DNA of 64,000 nt, from NCBI GenBank assembly GCA_051294375.1, contig CM119263.1, positions 23,257,109 to 23,321,108 on the forward strand, given 5' to 3'. Below the pieces are notes generated by a model. That model was given only the letters and a program-made list of their open reading frames with translations. It had not been told where the DNA came from and made no database searches. This DNA comes from Paraspadella gotoi (lineage: Eukaryota; Animalia; Chaetognatha). Shown here piece by piece: positions 51,691 through 64,000 of this stretch (its first letter is position 1; every line of letters starts with the position of its first letter). A program made the translations under genes and the position numbers.

Positions 51691-51864
51691 CCTCTCTCTC
51701 TCTCTTCTCCTCTCTCTCTCTCTCTCTCTCTTCTTCTCTCTCTATTCGATCCGCCTCCTCATCATCATTTTCCTCATCCTCCTCGTTTCGCCAGCTCGCC
51801 TTCGTAACAACATTCCTTCTCTCTCTCTGCTCTCTCTCTCCTCTCCTCTCTTCTCTCCTCCTCT

Positions 51865-51902
<38 letters not shown>

Positions 51903-52271
51903 GTCACCTGGAACGAGACCAATTTCCTGGCTAATTTTTTAAAAATATCGTTGTTAAACTTATATAAGTTAAAAGGGATGTACGAGTTATAAAATCGGAA
52001 AGATTCTCGTAAAATATTATTCCCACGAGTTTTAAACTCAGAAAAAGGGGGGAAGCGGAAAGAGGGATGGGGATGGGGTTGGGATGGGAGATGGGATGGG
52101 ATGGGGATAGGGATGGGTAAGGGTAGGATGGCAGGTTATCCAGATCCCGGTTTTCATGAGGTTAACGATCTTCTTGAGATTATGATGGATGAAAATAAAT
52201 TCAGAACAACAACGATACGAGAGAGAGAGAGAGGAGAGAGAGAGAGGAGAGAGAGAGAGAAGAGAGAGAGA

Positions 52272-52309
<38 letters not shown>

Positions 52310-52453
52310 ATAATTGCTTAAAATAGCCGTGTTTATTTTCTTTCAAAATTAAACCAAATTTAACTGACGAAATATACCTTCGCTCGATTCAAGAGAGGGT
52401 AAAAGGACGATAGGGAAAGAGAGATAAATAGTGATGAGAGAGAGAGAGCAGAG

Positions 52454-52488
<35 letters not shown>

Positions 52489-53825
52489 GAGAGGAGAGAA
52501 ACAGAAGAGAGAGAGAGAGAGAGAAGGAGAGAGAGAGAGCAGAGAGAGAGAGAGAGAGAAAAAGAATAGTGAAAGAGATTGAAATTGGTGTAAATTGTGG
52601 TAAACCGCAAATGAGAGAGCGTTTATTCAATGACTTGTTCTTTTGTCCCTCGACCCTTGAAGTTCGTCTGGCGGCGAATAAAAACACTAAAAATAGTTTT
52701 GTAAAAAAAAAGAGTCAAAACTAATAATCTTAGGATCGAAGGATCGAAAAGTCAAAAGTCAAATCGCGGAACCGATCGTTCGACTCTTTACCTTTTTCGT
52801 CTTAACGTGACGTTAGGACAGTTTTGTGCGACTTGTTTGACAAGTTCTCGCTGTAATTTAAATGTAGCGAATAAAGATAGACTTGGAAATCGTATACAAC
52901 TGTGGCTACACTGTTCATCGTCTCGTGTGTTCAAGTTTTTTAATCACAATTCCTAATTTGGTATAATTTGGTAACTTTTTTTTAAAAGAGTCCCTAGTAT
53001 TCGGTTCGATATCGATAACATTTGTAACTTCTTAATTCTTTTATTCTATTTTAATCAATATTTTAGTATTTAGGAAGATAAAATTTACAATAAGATATTG
53101 ATTATCCTCGTAAAAAATAAGAAATGTAAATATTTTTACCAAAATATAAAAATTTTACAAACTTTATAAAATTTTACCTAAATTCGTCCATGTTTACCTT
53201 AATAATTAAGCACCTTAAAAGAAATGTCCAGTTGTATTTTTCGTCAAGTAAGACCCTATATTATGATTAACTTTAACTGCCCGTAAAGCGTTAAATCGGG
53301 AACGCTCCCGGATCCTGATCGGAAACCTCAATTATTTCACCGATTTCGGTTTTCCGCAGACAGAACTGCGTAAATTACAGAGTCCGCGTTCCGCAGTTCT
53401 GCTCCCACTTCACGCACCCACTTTGTTTTTTTCAAAATTGTCAATAAAGAGTTTTAAAAAAACAGCACATTTTATCTCATTTCCAGCCACTTTAACCTTA
53501 TGTTTACTACTATGTACTACTAATATTCTTAAACTTTAATCTTATTTCCCTTTTATATCCCGTCGCGTCGCCTCATTTCTTATTCTAATTTCTTTACTTA
53601 AAATTTTGGTCGAAAGAGCGGAAGTTGGACCCCTGTCCAACAGAGACGCCAGCGACGAAAGGCGAAGTCAAGGGACAGAAGCCAAGGGCGACTGTATGTA
53701 TATAAAGCTGAATCTAAAGGCAAACTTAAAAATTTAAAATTAAAAGTCTTGTAGCTACAGTTGATACGAAAGATTAATTTTAAGAAATAACTAAAAAAAA
53801 TATAATGAAGCGCCAAAAGGCGAGG

Positions 53826-53929
53826 CGAAAGGCGAACTCGAAATGCGAACTCGAAAGGCGAACTCGAAAGGCGACGTCGAAAGGCGAACTCGAAAGGCGA
53901 ACTCGAAAGGCGAAATCGGAAGGCGACTT
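53826..53929. repeat. 13-bp minisatellite (CGAAAGGCGAACT) x8
   Basis: Eight consecutive 13-mers with 0-3 mismatches; a solitary related copy lies near 53656. Confidence 0.9.
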
Positions 53930-55969
53930 GAGTGAAATTGAAAACCCGCATCCGTCGTCGAGGATTTTTGAAAAAGTCGTCATAAACCTTCGTTCGCCGA
54001 AATCGGTTCAACTCGACGAAGTTCGCTTGTCGAGCGTCGAGTTGGTCGTCGCATATAAGAGTCGAGTTGGACCAGGTTAACTTTGAGTTTGAAAAGTTTG
54101 AATCTTAGGATTTCTAGCGTGTTGAATGATTTATTTCTTAATCATTAAGAGCGATTTAGAATCATAATCTTTTCATATTTAGTTTTTTGTATTGTCCTAA
54201 ATAGTTCTGGGTTTAAATAGAGTTTTATTGTTTATGATAAGCATCGGTGCATATTGTCATATCTTCGTCTCAAGTCGACCATAAAGTAAAGTTTAAAAGT
54301 CGAGTTGAACGCAGATTCGAATGTCAAGCTGGATGATTTCGGCGACGGAAGTGACGGCCGGCCGCGAATAACTTTTAAATACATCCGGACCTTAAGTCCA
54401 AAAATACGCCGTAACGGTTCCCTGTTATTTCCGCCCTTGTTTTGTTAAAATTTTTCGTTATATCTTTCAATTGATAATTAATTTTTATAAGATTTAATGG
54501 TTTCCCAAACAAAGAGCGCGCGGTGTGACAGTTACAAAGGATCAAGTTACAAAGCAACACTCCACTTTTTTTTTAAATATAAAGTAAGAATTACAATTCC
54601 GAAATTAGTCCGTCAAATAAGACCCGTTTTTTTTTTTTTTTCAGTTGCTTCGTGACTAATTCGTTTGTGTCGGAACGATCTTTCAAAAAAAAAAAAAAAA
54701 AATACGAGGATGAGAAAAACTAGAGAAAAAAATATTTAATCACCGTAGCAGTAAAAGAAAATATATTTCCTGTATTACGACGCTGAAATTTCAGAAAAGG
54801 GGGAAGGCAGTTGATGGGGGGCGGATTGAGTAGGGGGAGTGAGGGGGAGTTTGAGGGAGGGGGGAAGTTGGGGAGGAGAGGAATTCATGAGAAGGAAGGA
54901 AATGTAATCACTTTTTGACCTCAATCGCGATTGCGGATTCGGTTTACATTTTTTTACTACCCTAAACGATCAGGATATTTTTTTTTTAAAGGGAAAGAAA
55001 TCTAAAAAAAAAAAAAATCTTAAAAGCATAAGGAATCGAGCCTACTTTTGAGATAACCACATATATTGATTGCGATGATAACCAAATATTTGATGCGATG
55101 ATAACCAATAATGATGCGATGATAATAAAAATAACTGATTAGTGATGCATAATTCAATGATTGATTGCGGATGATAGTCATTCATTTGATTGTGATTGAT
55201 AATTCATTCATTGATTGATGATTCATTCATTGATGCGATTGCATAGTCTTCTTGACGCGTGAGTCATTCATCGTAAAATAAAACAAACAAATGCGTGTAT
55301 TAAATGAAGAGAGAGAGAGAGAGGAGACGAGGAGAGAGAGAGAGGAGAGAGAGAGAAGAGGAAAGAGTGGGAGGTTCTGGTTCAGTTTTCACTCTCGTCT
55401 TATATATTAACAGTATAATCAGAAGCTGGGACCGCCCTGCAGAGCTGAACTCGTTTTTCGACGTATTGCATGGTAGGACAACTCTTTTCCTTTCTCTTTG
55501 GAATGAAATTTTAGATTGTTCTTTTTTTTTAAGGAAGAAACCAGACCCGAGTGTCAAATTTCATTTTCGCATATTAACTAAATTTATAATATTTATTCCC
55601 ACTCAAATAATTATTTATTTTTAAAAAAGAATAAAAATGATTAAATATATACACTAAAAAATTACAATTTTAAATATTGTAAAAATTATTAGATAAACAA
55701 AAAAAGTTAAATGTTTAATTTTGACAATATCTCTCTCTCAACTCCTTATTTTTTAGATATAATTTGCCAATAGGTTGGGCCGACCGGTCCAAAGTTACCA
55801 GTAATAAACAAAAACAAAAAATTTTTTTGTTAGAAAGTTATATTATGTAATTAAATAATTCCGCGCCAATTGCCGGACATTATAGCAGCTTATGTACAGC
55901 AGCAAGCTGATGTTACATTACATTGCCTGCATTATAAGTTATTTTTTTCCTTTTTTCTAAAAAGGGATC

Positions 55970-56919
55970 CATGAAAATCTCGATGTAAATTTGGGATTTT
56001 GTATTAGAGAAAAAAAATAAATGGCGATTAATAAAAGTTTTTAGAAGTAAAAAATAATAAGAATTTTTCAAAAACGAACGGTCGTACATAAGAGAGAGAC
56101 AGAGAGAGAAGAAGAGAGAGAGAGATGTAGAAGTGAAAAAAAAAGTGACTAAAAAATTTTTTTGTAAAAAAAAAAAAGAGGAGGAGAGAAGAGAAGAGAT
56201 AGAAGAGAGCCGGAACTCGTTTTACTCGTCCCGGCCAGTGACGGAGGTAAAAAAAAGGTGACTAAAAATTATTTTTGTACATAAAAAGAGATAGAAAGAT
56301 GAGAAAGAGAGAGATGAGACCAGATGAGAGAAGATGATAGAGGAGAGAGAGAGAAGAAGAGAGAGAGAGGAGAGCCCGGAACACGTGTTTACCGTTTACT
56401 AAGTGAATAAATTTTTTTTTTGTAAAAAAAAAAGACCGAGAGAGAGTCGAGAGAGAGAGAGAGACGAGAGAGATGAGAAGAGAGAGAAGGAGAAAGAGAG
56501 AGATGAGAAAGAGAAGAAGAGAGAGAGAGAGAAGAGAGAGGAGGAGAGAAGAGAGAGAGAGAGGAAAGTTTTCCCGCCAACGAACGGCAATATTAGGTCA
56601 CTCTTGTTTATTCGGCGTGATCTCGGTCAAGTTGATTATTTTTTATTACACGTAACGCGTTATTAGGTCATGTTCCTCGACTATTGTTTACTCGTTGCCC
56701 CGCAACGGCCACGAAAATCCAGGTGAAGATTAGTTATTCTTCACATTTTCTCAAAAAAAATCCCACGAAAATCTCAGATGTAAATTTGGGATTTTGTATT
56801 GAGAAGAAGGCGCGGAATAAATGGCGATAATAAAAGTTTTAGAAGGAAATAGAATAATAAGAATTTTTCAAAAAACGTTGGTAAAACAAAGTGAATAATT
56901 TTTTTTTGTAAAAAAAAAA

Positions 56920-56952
<33 letters not shown>

Positions 56953-57200
56953 AGGAGAGACGAGAGAGAGAGAGACGGAGGAGACGGAACGGAGAGAGAG
57001 AGAGAGCCTGAACTCGTTTTTTTTTAAACGATTAGAAAAGGCAGGCGCCTGATCAAATATATATTGTTTTTAGAAGGAAAAAATAATCAGGAATTTTTCA
57101 AAAAAACGAACATCACGCAAGAGATCGCACACAAAGAGAGACAGAGAGAAAACTGAACTCGTTTTTAAACGATTCAGAAAAGGCCAAGCGCCTAAAAAAA
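55970..57200. repeat. Local imperfect duplications interleaved with GA tracts
   Basis: gatgtaaatttgggattttgtatt...aaatggcgat...aagaatttttcaaaaa occurs at about 55980 and 56780; gtgactaaaaa x2; gaactcgtttt x3; aaacgatt-agaaaagg x2. Confidence 0.75.
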
Positions 57201-58647
57201 ATATATATAATTAAAAAATAAATAAAAGAAAGGCAAAAATGTTACAATGGTTTACAATTCGGAAACTTTTCCAATTTCCAATCGCAGCTTGTAAAAGATT
57301 TATTTTTTATTGTATTAAAATTAAGAAAGCTTCTCATTAAAAAAATCCTTTGAGTTCCAATTTTTAGTTAGAAATTTAAAAAATTTTTTGAATTTCATCT
57401 TCAATATTATACCTACTGCAATATGTAAATTAGCTTAAATGCATTCTATATACTAATTTGGATATTATAATGGAGTTTTACTATTAATTCTCATTTGCAT
57501 ATTGCAAGTAAATCATAATGAAAGTGAAATTTCAAAACAAAAAATACTTAAATCCAAAATGTAATAGTGAAAAATATACAGCTATTTCAAGATTGAAAAA
57601 GCCATTATCTAAATTTTTAACTTACTATGATCGCACACTTTTGTAAAACTTTATCATATTCATAATAATTTTTATTTTAAAAAAACGGTAAAGTCACAGC
57701 CCAACCTATAAAAGCGTAGTAGTTTTTATATATAAAACAGCGTCGCGTGACCACGACGACGACGACGACGACGTCACAAAGAAGCACCCTAAACATTATA
57801 AGCCTGACCCCGGCTTCGCGGTCAAGGCTCGATAAAAAGACAAAAAGAAAACCAAAGGGAAGAGTTTATTTCTTTTCTTTTTCTCGACCTAAATTCGGGG
57901 ACTCTCATTGACGATCTGCACTCAATCATAAACAATAAACAAAGTCAATAAAAGCAAAGCCGTATGGTTGAAATCGGCACAAAATTTTTTTCGAAAAAAT
58001 AAATAAAATCATATAGTAGCTTAACGAGAATTTCTTATTAGTAACAAAATTTGACTAAATTATTTACAACGTTAACGATTAGTTCATTTGAAACCCTTAT
58101 TCGAATGATACTAGTCCATCTAGATTCGTAAGTGTTCTACATCCTCAACATTCCCTGATACGCGTATTTTACAATCAAATACCAACATTTTTGGACATTA
58201 ATCAAGATTCCTCGAATTTCCGCGTGCCAACTCCCAACACTTCAACATTTCGATAAACAATTGAAATTTTGTCCGGACGGCGGAAGTAAGAGTGACGGAC
58301 ACGAGAGACGGCCGAAGATTTTCGAGGCCGAGGAGTTCGAAGGTCATATTTTTTTATTATAAGGTCCATATCTCTCTCTTTCTTTCCTTCTTTCTTTCTT
58401 TCCTTCTTCCTTCTTTCCTTTTTTCTCTCCTTCTTTCTTTCTTTCTTTCTTCTTTTTCTTTCTTTCTTTCTTTCTTTCTTTTTTTCTCTCTATCCTGTCT
58501 TTTCTTTCTTTTTCCCTCTCTTCTCTCTTCCTTCTTTTATATTTGATTCTTTTCCTAAATTTTTCTTTCGTTGTTTAGGTTCTATTTCTTTCTTTCTTTC
58601 TTTCTTTCTTTCTTTAAATCCCTCTCCTCTCCTCTCTCTCCTCTCTC

Positions 58648-58686
<39 letters not shown>

Positions 58687-58836
58687 CTCTCTCTCCTCTC
58701 TCTTCTCTCCCTCGCTCGAAATCCGTCAAAGCCAAAGACGAGAAAGACGCAAACACGCAGGGGCTAAGAATCGGACCGTCGTCGTTGGGGGATTAAAAAA
58801 AATTGAGATTAAAGCGCGACCCCACGATTTTTTTTT

Positions 58837-58847
58837 GTGGTGTGTGT

Positions 58848-58908
<61 letters not shown>

Positions 58909-58918
58909 TGGTGTGTGT
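58837..58918. repeat. (GT)n microsatellite
   Basis: Seen directly. Confidence 0.9.
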
Positions 58919-58989
58919 CTATAGATACGGGGAACTCGAACCAACAGGGAAGAACAAAAAAATGTTTAAAAAGTCCTCTCATTTTTTTT

Positions 58990-59029
<40 letters not shown>

Positions 59030-59144
59030 TTTTTCCTACGGAACTCGTCGGACAAAAACATCTCCTGTGTTGGCCGTCATTAATTTCCTCTCCGCGGATT
59101 CGAATCCAAAACTGGGAATATAGTTTCGGCTTTCAATATTTTCT

Positions 59145-59193
<49 letters not shown>

Positions 59194-59599
59194 TTCATTT
59201 ACGATCTTCCTAACATTACGTGCGTTTCCGGTTTTGAGGATCCCCCTTTTGCCGGGCGAGATGGTTAATCATTTATCCCGTCACTCCGGATCATTCTCTC
59301 TTTCTCTCTCTCTCTCTCTCCCGATCTCTTTCCCTTTCAAAATCGTCATAAATTGTCATCGTTTAACAGGCCGTTTATCAAGTTCTTCTGTTGATCTCGT
59401 GACGAAATTCAAACGAACCCAGTCTAAAAACAAAAAACAAAAATATTGAAAAAAAAAAACCCAATAGAAAAAAAGTGATCATCTTAAGAGTGCTGACCTG
59501 CCCAGACCTCCACTCCGGGATCCTTTCTCCTCCTCCGGAATTCCTGATACTTTCCCCGAGGATGGAAACTCTCTTTCTCGACTCTCTCTCTCTCTCTCG

Positions 59600-59631
<32 letters not shown>

Positions 59632-59632
59632 T

Positions 59633-59664
<32 letters not shown>

Positions 59665-61403
59665 CCCCAATCTAGACCCCTCTGGTTTACTAGAATCAGG
59701 TTTTCCCCCTTACAAAATCTCGGCAACATTAATCGAGGAATTAATGGTGTTGCGGGTACGATAACCCGTTCCAGCCATCGCCCTCCCCCCCCTCTTTCTC
59801 CTCCCTCTCTAGGCCCTTTCAATCTTCTTTCATTCCTCCACCACCCCCCACACAACCCCCATCACGCCCGTGTGGTCGACCACAATTTCCATCATCTCAA
59901 TCGACTCAAAAAAAGATTAACATTCCAAATCATCGGTGACTCTTCGCCAGAAAGGTTCGTCGTTCGGGGCGGCGAGACTCTTTTGATCGAGAGCCCGTGT
60001 TCCGAACCGTGTCACGATCATGTCACGATCGTGTCACCGTCGTTTCTCCGAAGGGGCTCACGTGTCCAGGGATACATTAGCGAAGGGGGCATGTTGACAC
60101 CACTATATGGATGTATGAGTCTGTATAAATACCCCAGAGATGTCGCTTCTTGTGCTGGCCGGTCTGAGTTTTAAAATTTGTCATTAATCCGACGTTATTA
60201 GCATCTTTGCTTGTTGGACAGCCGATTGAATCACTCATCCAGAACTAATAACTCACAGTCAATTCAGTTCGTTTCGTTTTATTCATTGCTATAGATCGTC
60301 ATTTCGTGATAAAAATTCTCCAACAAGAATGTCGTTTCATTTCATATAACTTATGTAATATGTATGAGACTTACAGGGTCGGGAATATTTTCCAGTATCC
60401 ACGCCTCAACTCCACCACGAATCTCGTCCTTAAAGCCCCGCTGGGAAAAACCCCGAGCGACCCTCCTTTCAAAATCAACCCCCCCCGCCCGCCCCCCCCA
60501 TATCACCATTTTCTCCCGGAGAGACTGAAGGGACATTTATGGGCGCGTCCTCGTGTGAACTCATCTCACGATTCGCCCGGTTTACGAGAAAACTCATTTC
60601 TTACCCGACGATTACGTGGCTGGCAGATTAACTCGCCAATGAGTTTGGGGGGGGGCGGGAGGGAGCGGGGGAAGACTTGGGATTGGATTGGTTTAATGGG
60701 CGATGGGCATTGGGTAAGTGCTCGTTAAGAAGGGGGAATGGCCTTGAGCATTGAAACTGTGGGAATCGGGCATTGCCGTATTGGGCATCCGCAGATCATG
60801 AAGATCTACAAGGTTTAACAAACCACGGGCAGCAACTAAACTATATCTGTGCGGGCATCGGGCCTGAGAACAAGGGTCGAAATGTTTTCGAACCGGCAGG
60901 GCAAAGGAGTTACCAAATTTTACTAGAAAACTTTTTAGCTTTTTTCCTGTTCTGACTCAAGAATCTTTGAGGAAAGGATTTGATTTTAAATTCGGCCACA
61001 CCTTTGCCTTCGATCTGAAAATGGGATGAGGAAGATAAACATCGGCGTCGTCAGTGGCGGCGGCGGCCGCGGCGGCGGCAGCGGCGGCGGCGGCGGCGGC
61101 GGCCGCGGCAGCATCGGAGTCATCCGACGAGTCATAATCATCATCTTTTCGTTTGTTTTATGGTCCGAAATCAAATAATAACGTGGAGCACAACAACGGC
61201 CAAGTCTCCCGAGACAACTTTAACAACAACGACAACGTCTGTGCCACCACGACGACAACAACGAAGAACGGCATGCTGTCGCTCGGACAAAAAGCGCAGC
61301 AACGGTCGAGAAAAGAAGATCAGTTTAATCTAGATTCTCTTTGCTTTTTATCCTTGATAGGATTTGCGAAAAAATACTTTTCGGGGCCCCGATCCGGGGT
61401 TGT

Positions 61404-61445
<42 letters not shown>

Positions 61446-62358
61446 CTCCTCTCTCTCTCTCTCTCTCTCGTCTCCTCTGTCTCTCTCTCTCTCTCCTCTC
61501 AATCCCGGACGCGGGACTTGCGGCGGGTACAGGGGGCCCAGGGGTAAGGGATCAGGATTCCGGGTCGGTTCCAACAATGCGACGTGCTCGGACGCGGCTT
61601 CGCTGGGAATTCGGGGATCAACGTGAGGAGTCAGAGGCGAGTCACGTGGTCGATCACGTGACGCTCCATCTCGTGATTGACGCTGGAGGCGATGATCCGA
61701 CGGCGGGGGTTCAGCGCGACGACCCGAGAAAAGGCAACACCGAAAAATCCCGAGGTGGAAAGGCTTGGAAAGGGGGGGGGGCGAAGTTGGGCATCGAGGA
61801 TCTTGGAATTCTTAAATTGGCAACGATGGCATTTTAGGATAGGAAGTTTAAGTTTAACTGTGTAATTTAAGAAAGATAAATAGTAGGATAAAGCGAAGTA
61901 CAGGATCTGTATTTAAAGAAAATACAGGAAATCTAATATTTTCGGCTTTCTGTAAAACTAAAAGGAAACTTTGAATTATTTGAAACTTATTGCAAAACTT
62001 TCTTCAAAACGTACCTTCTATCTAACTTAGTATCTAATTTTAAACTTTATTTCAAAGTATTAAAGTATTTAAAGTAAAAAAGTATTAATTTACAATCGTG
62101 AAAATCATTGCAAGATTGAAAACTAGAGAGCAAATAACAACTCAACTTCGAACATTTTTAAATCGAATTAACTATTTTTTTACTATGATTGTAATTTTGA
62201 CTCTCTATCAGCCCAAGAAAAAAAAATAGTGACCCCTCGATCGGATGATCCCTCTGCAGTAAGGAAAAAAAAAAAAGTCGGCGACGGCGGCGCCTGTCCC
62301 GGGGATCGCGCCTGGAGTGGAACTTCGGTCGGACTTGCCCAATCCGCCCTCCTGCGCC

Positions 62359-63142
62359 NNNNNNNNNNNNNNNNNNNNNNNNNNNNNNNNNNNNNNNNNN
62401 NNNNNNNNNNNNNNNNNNNNNNNNNNNNNNNNNNNNNNNNNNNNNNNNNNNNNNNNNNNNNNNNNNNNNNNNNNNNNNNNNNNNNNNNNNNNNNNNNNNN
62501 NNNNNNNNNNNNNNNNNNNNNNNNNNNNNNNNNNNNNNNNNNNNNNNNNNNNNNNNNNNNNNNNNNNNNNNNNNNNNNNNNNNNNNNNNNNNNNNNNNNN
62601 NNNNNNNNNNNNNNNNNNNNNNNNNNNNNNNNNNNNNNNNNNNNNNNNNNNNNNNNNNNNNNNNNNNNNNNNNNNNNNNNNNNNNNNNNNNNNNNNNNNN
62701 NNNNNNNNNNNNNNNNNNNNNNNNNNNNNNNNNNNNNNNNNNNNNNNNNNNNNNNNNNNNNNNNNNNNNNNNNNNNNNNNNNNNNNNNNNNNNNNNNNNN
62801 NNNNNNNNNNNNNNNNNNNNNNNNNNNNNNNNNNNNNNNNNNNNNNNNNNNNNNNNNNNNNNNNNNNNNNNNNNNNNNNNNNNNNNNNNNNNNNNNNNNN
62901 NNNNNNNNNNNNNNNNNNNNNNNNNNNNNNNNNNNNNNNNNNNNNNNNNNNNNNNNNNNNNNNNNNNNNNNNNNNNNNNNNNNNNNNNNNNNNNNNNNNN
63001 NNNNNNNNNNNNNNNNNNNNNNNNNNNNNNNNNNNNNNNNNNNNNNNNNNNNNNNNNNNNNNNNNNNNNNNNNNNNNNNNNNNNNNNNNNNNNNNNNNNN
63101 NNNNNNNNNNNNNNNNNNNNNNNNNNNNNNNNNNNNNNNNNN
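62359..63142. other. Assembly gap (largest of seven)
   Basis: Run of N. The other gaps are 36216-36240, 43340-43598, 46017-46173, 50003-50020, 50899-51106 and 63617-63700. Confidence 1.
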
Positions 63143-63700
63143 CCGCTTGACCGCCAAAGATGGACTTTACTATTCATAAATTGTAAACTTTAAATTTTAA
63201 ACTATCTAGAAGAAGTAGCAACGGTGTAGCGGAAAAGGTAAGTTGATTCGCCAGAATCAGAAAGTTGTTGTGGCGGTTTCGTGACGGTGCCGCGACGGAG
63301 CCCTGACGGTGCCTTGGAGGTGCCATTGCGGTGCCGACGGAATTTCTCGCATCGAGACAAATTGTCTTTCGTCTCACGTGAGTCGCGTTGGCGGAAACGG
63401 AAATGGAAATGAGGAAGAGGAGGAAGAGGAGGAGGATCGATGCTTTTTGGGTTTTCGTTCGACGATTTTTGCTCTCTCTCTCTCTCTTCCCATTTCTTTT
63501 CTCTCTCTCTCTCGCTCTCTCTTCTCGGGGACATGATCCTCGATTCAAATTGTTCCCCCAATTTTCTTGGCCGGTCAGAGATCAGAAACAAAGAGAGAGA
63601 GAGAGAGAGAGAGAGANNNNNNNNNNNNNNNNNNNNNNNNNNNNNNNNNNNNNNNNNNNNNNNNNNNNNNNNNNNNNNNNNNNNNNNNNNNNNNNNNNNN

Positions 63701-63737
<37 letters not shown>

Positions 63738-64000
63738 GGACCCAAAAATTTCTAGAAAAACACGTCATTCGCCGCGTGAAGCCCGATAATTAGCTGAAAA
63801 CAAAAAAAGATAATAAAAAAGAAAGAAAAATCGAACAAAAGTATTTTTTGTTGAAATCCGAAAGTTTTTGTCTTCGGCGACGAAAGATTAGAAATCATAT
63901 TTAGATTTATAGAGCCAAGTGTGATATAGATTTAAAGGGCAGTGAGATTTAGATTTAGTGGCAAGTGATATGTATATTTAGTGATTTAGATTTAGATTAA

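Noticed and set aside
53826-53929. CRISPR-like or ribozyme-like (GAAA) repeat array
   Set aside because: Units are contiguous with no spacers, the context is eukaryotic, and no hammerhead core (CTGATGA) lies nearby.

Overview
Eukaryotic (invertebrate animal-like) draft-assembly DNA: AT-rich, dense in (GA/CT)n and other microsatellites, with short introns (mostly 50-100 nt) and seven N gaps. The first ~28 kb holds five spliced genes that I could reconstruct by hand with consistent exon phases. These are a patched-domain/NPC1-like protein (minus strand, running off the left edge), a very basic K/R/S-rich protein with GRPK (AT-hook-like) repeats, a multi-pass membrane protein, an orphan protein that needs an 11-nt microexon, and a myosin regulatory light chain (RLC). 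The highlight is the RLC gene. Its metal-binding EF-hand 1 is encoded by three tandem paralogous exons (4A, 4B, 4C; each phase 0 to 1) that must be spliced mutually exclusively. The cluster is surrounded by Rbfox-type TGCATG and STAR-type ACTAAY motifs, atypical purine-rich acceptors and repeated complementary elements that could form competing RNA pairings. The right ~35 kb is gene-poor, and 36.2-42.8 kb is an insertion-riddled copy of 32.5-36.2 kb that looks like an uncorrected long-read gap fill. Most entries in the supplied ORF track are microsatellite artefacts.
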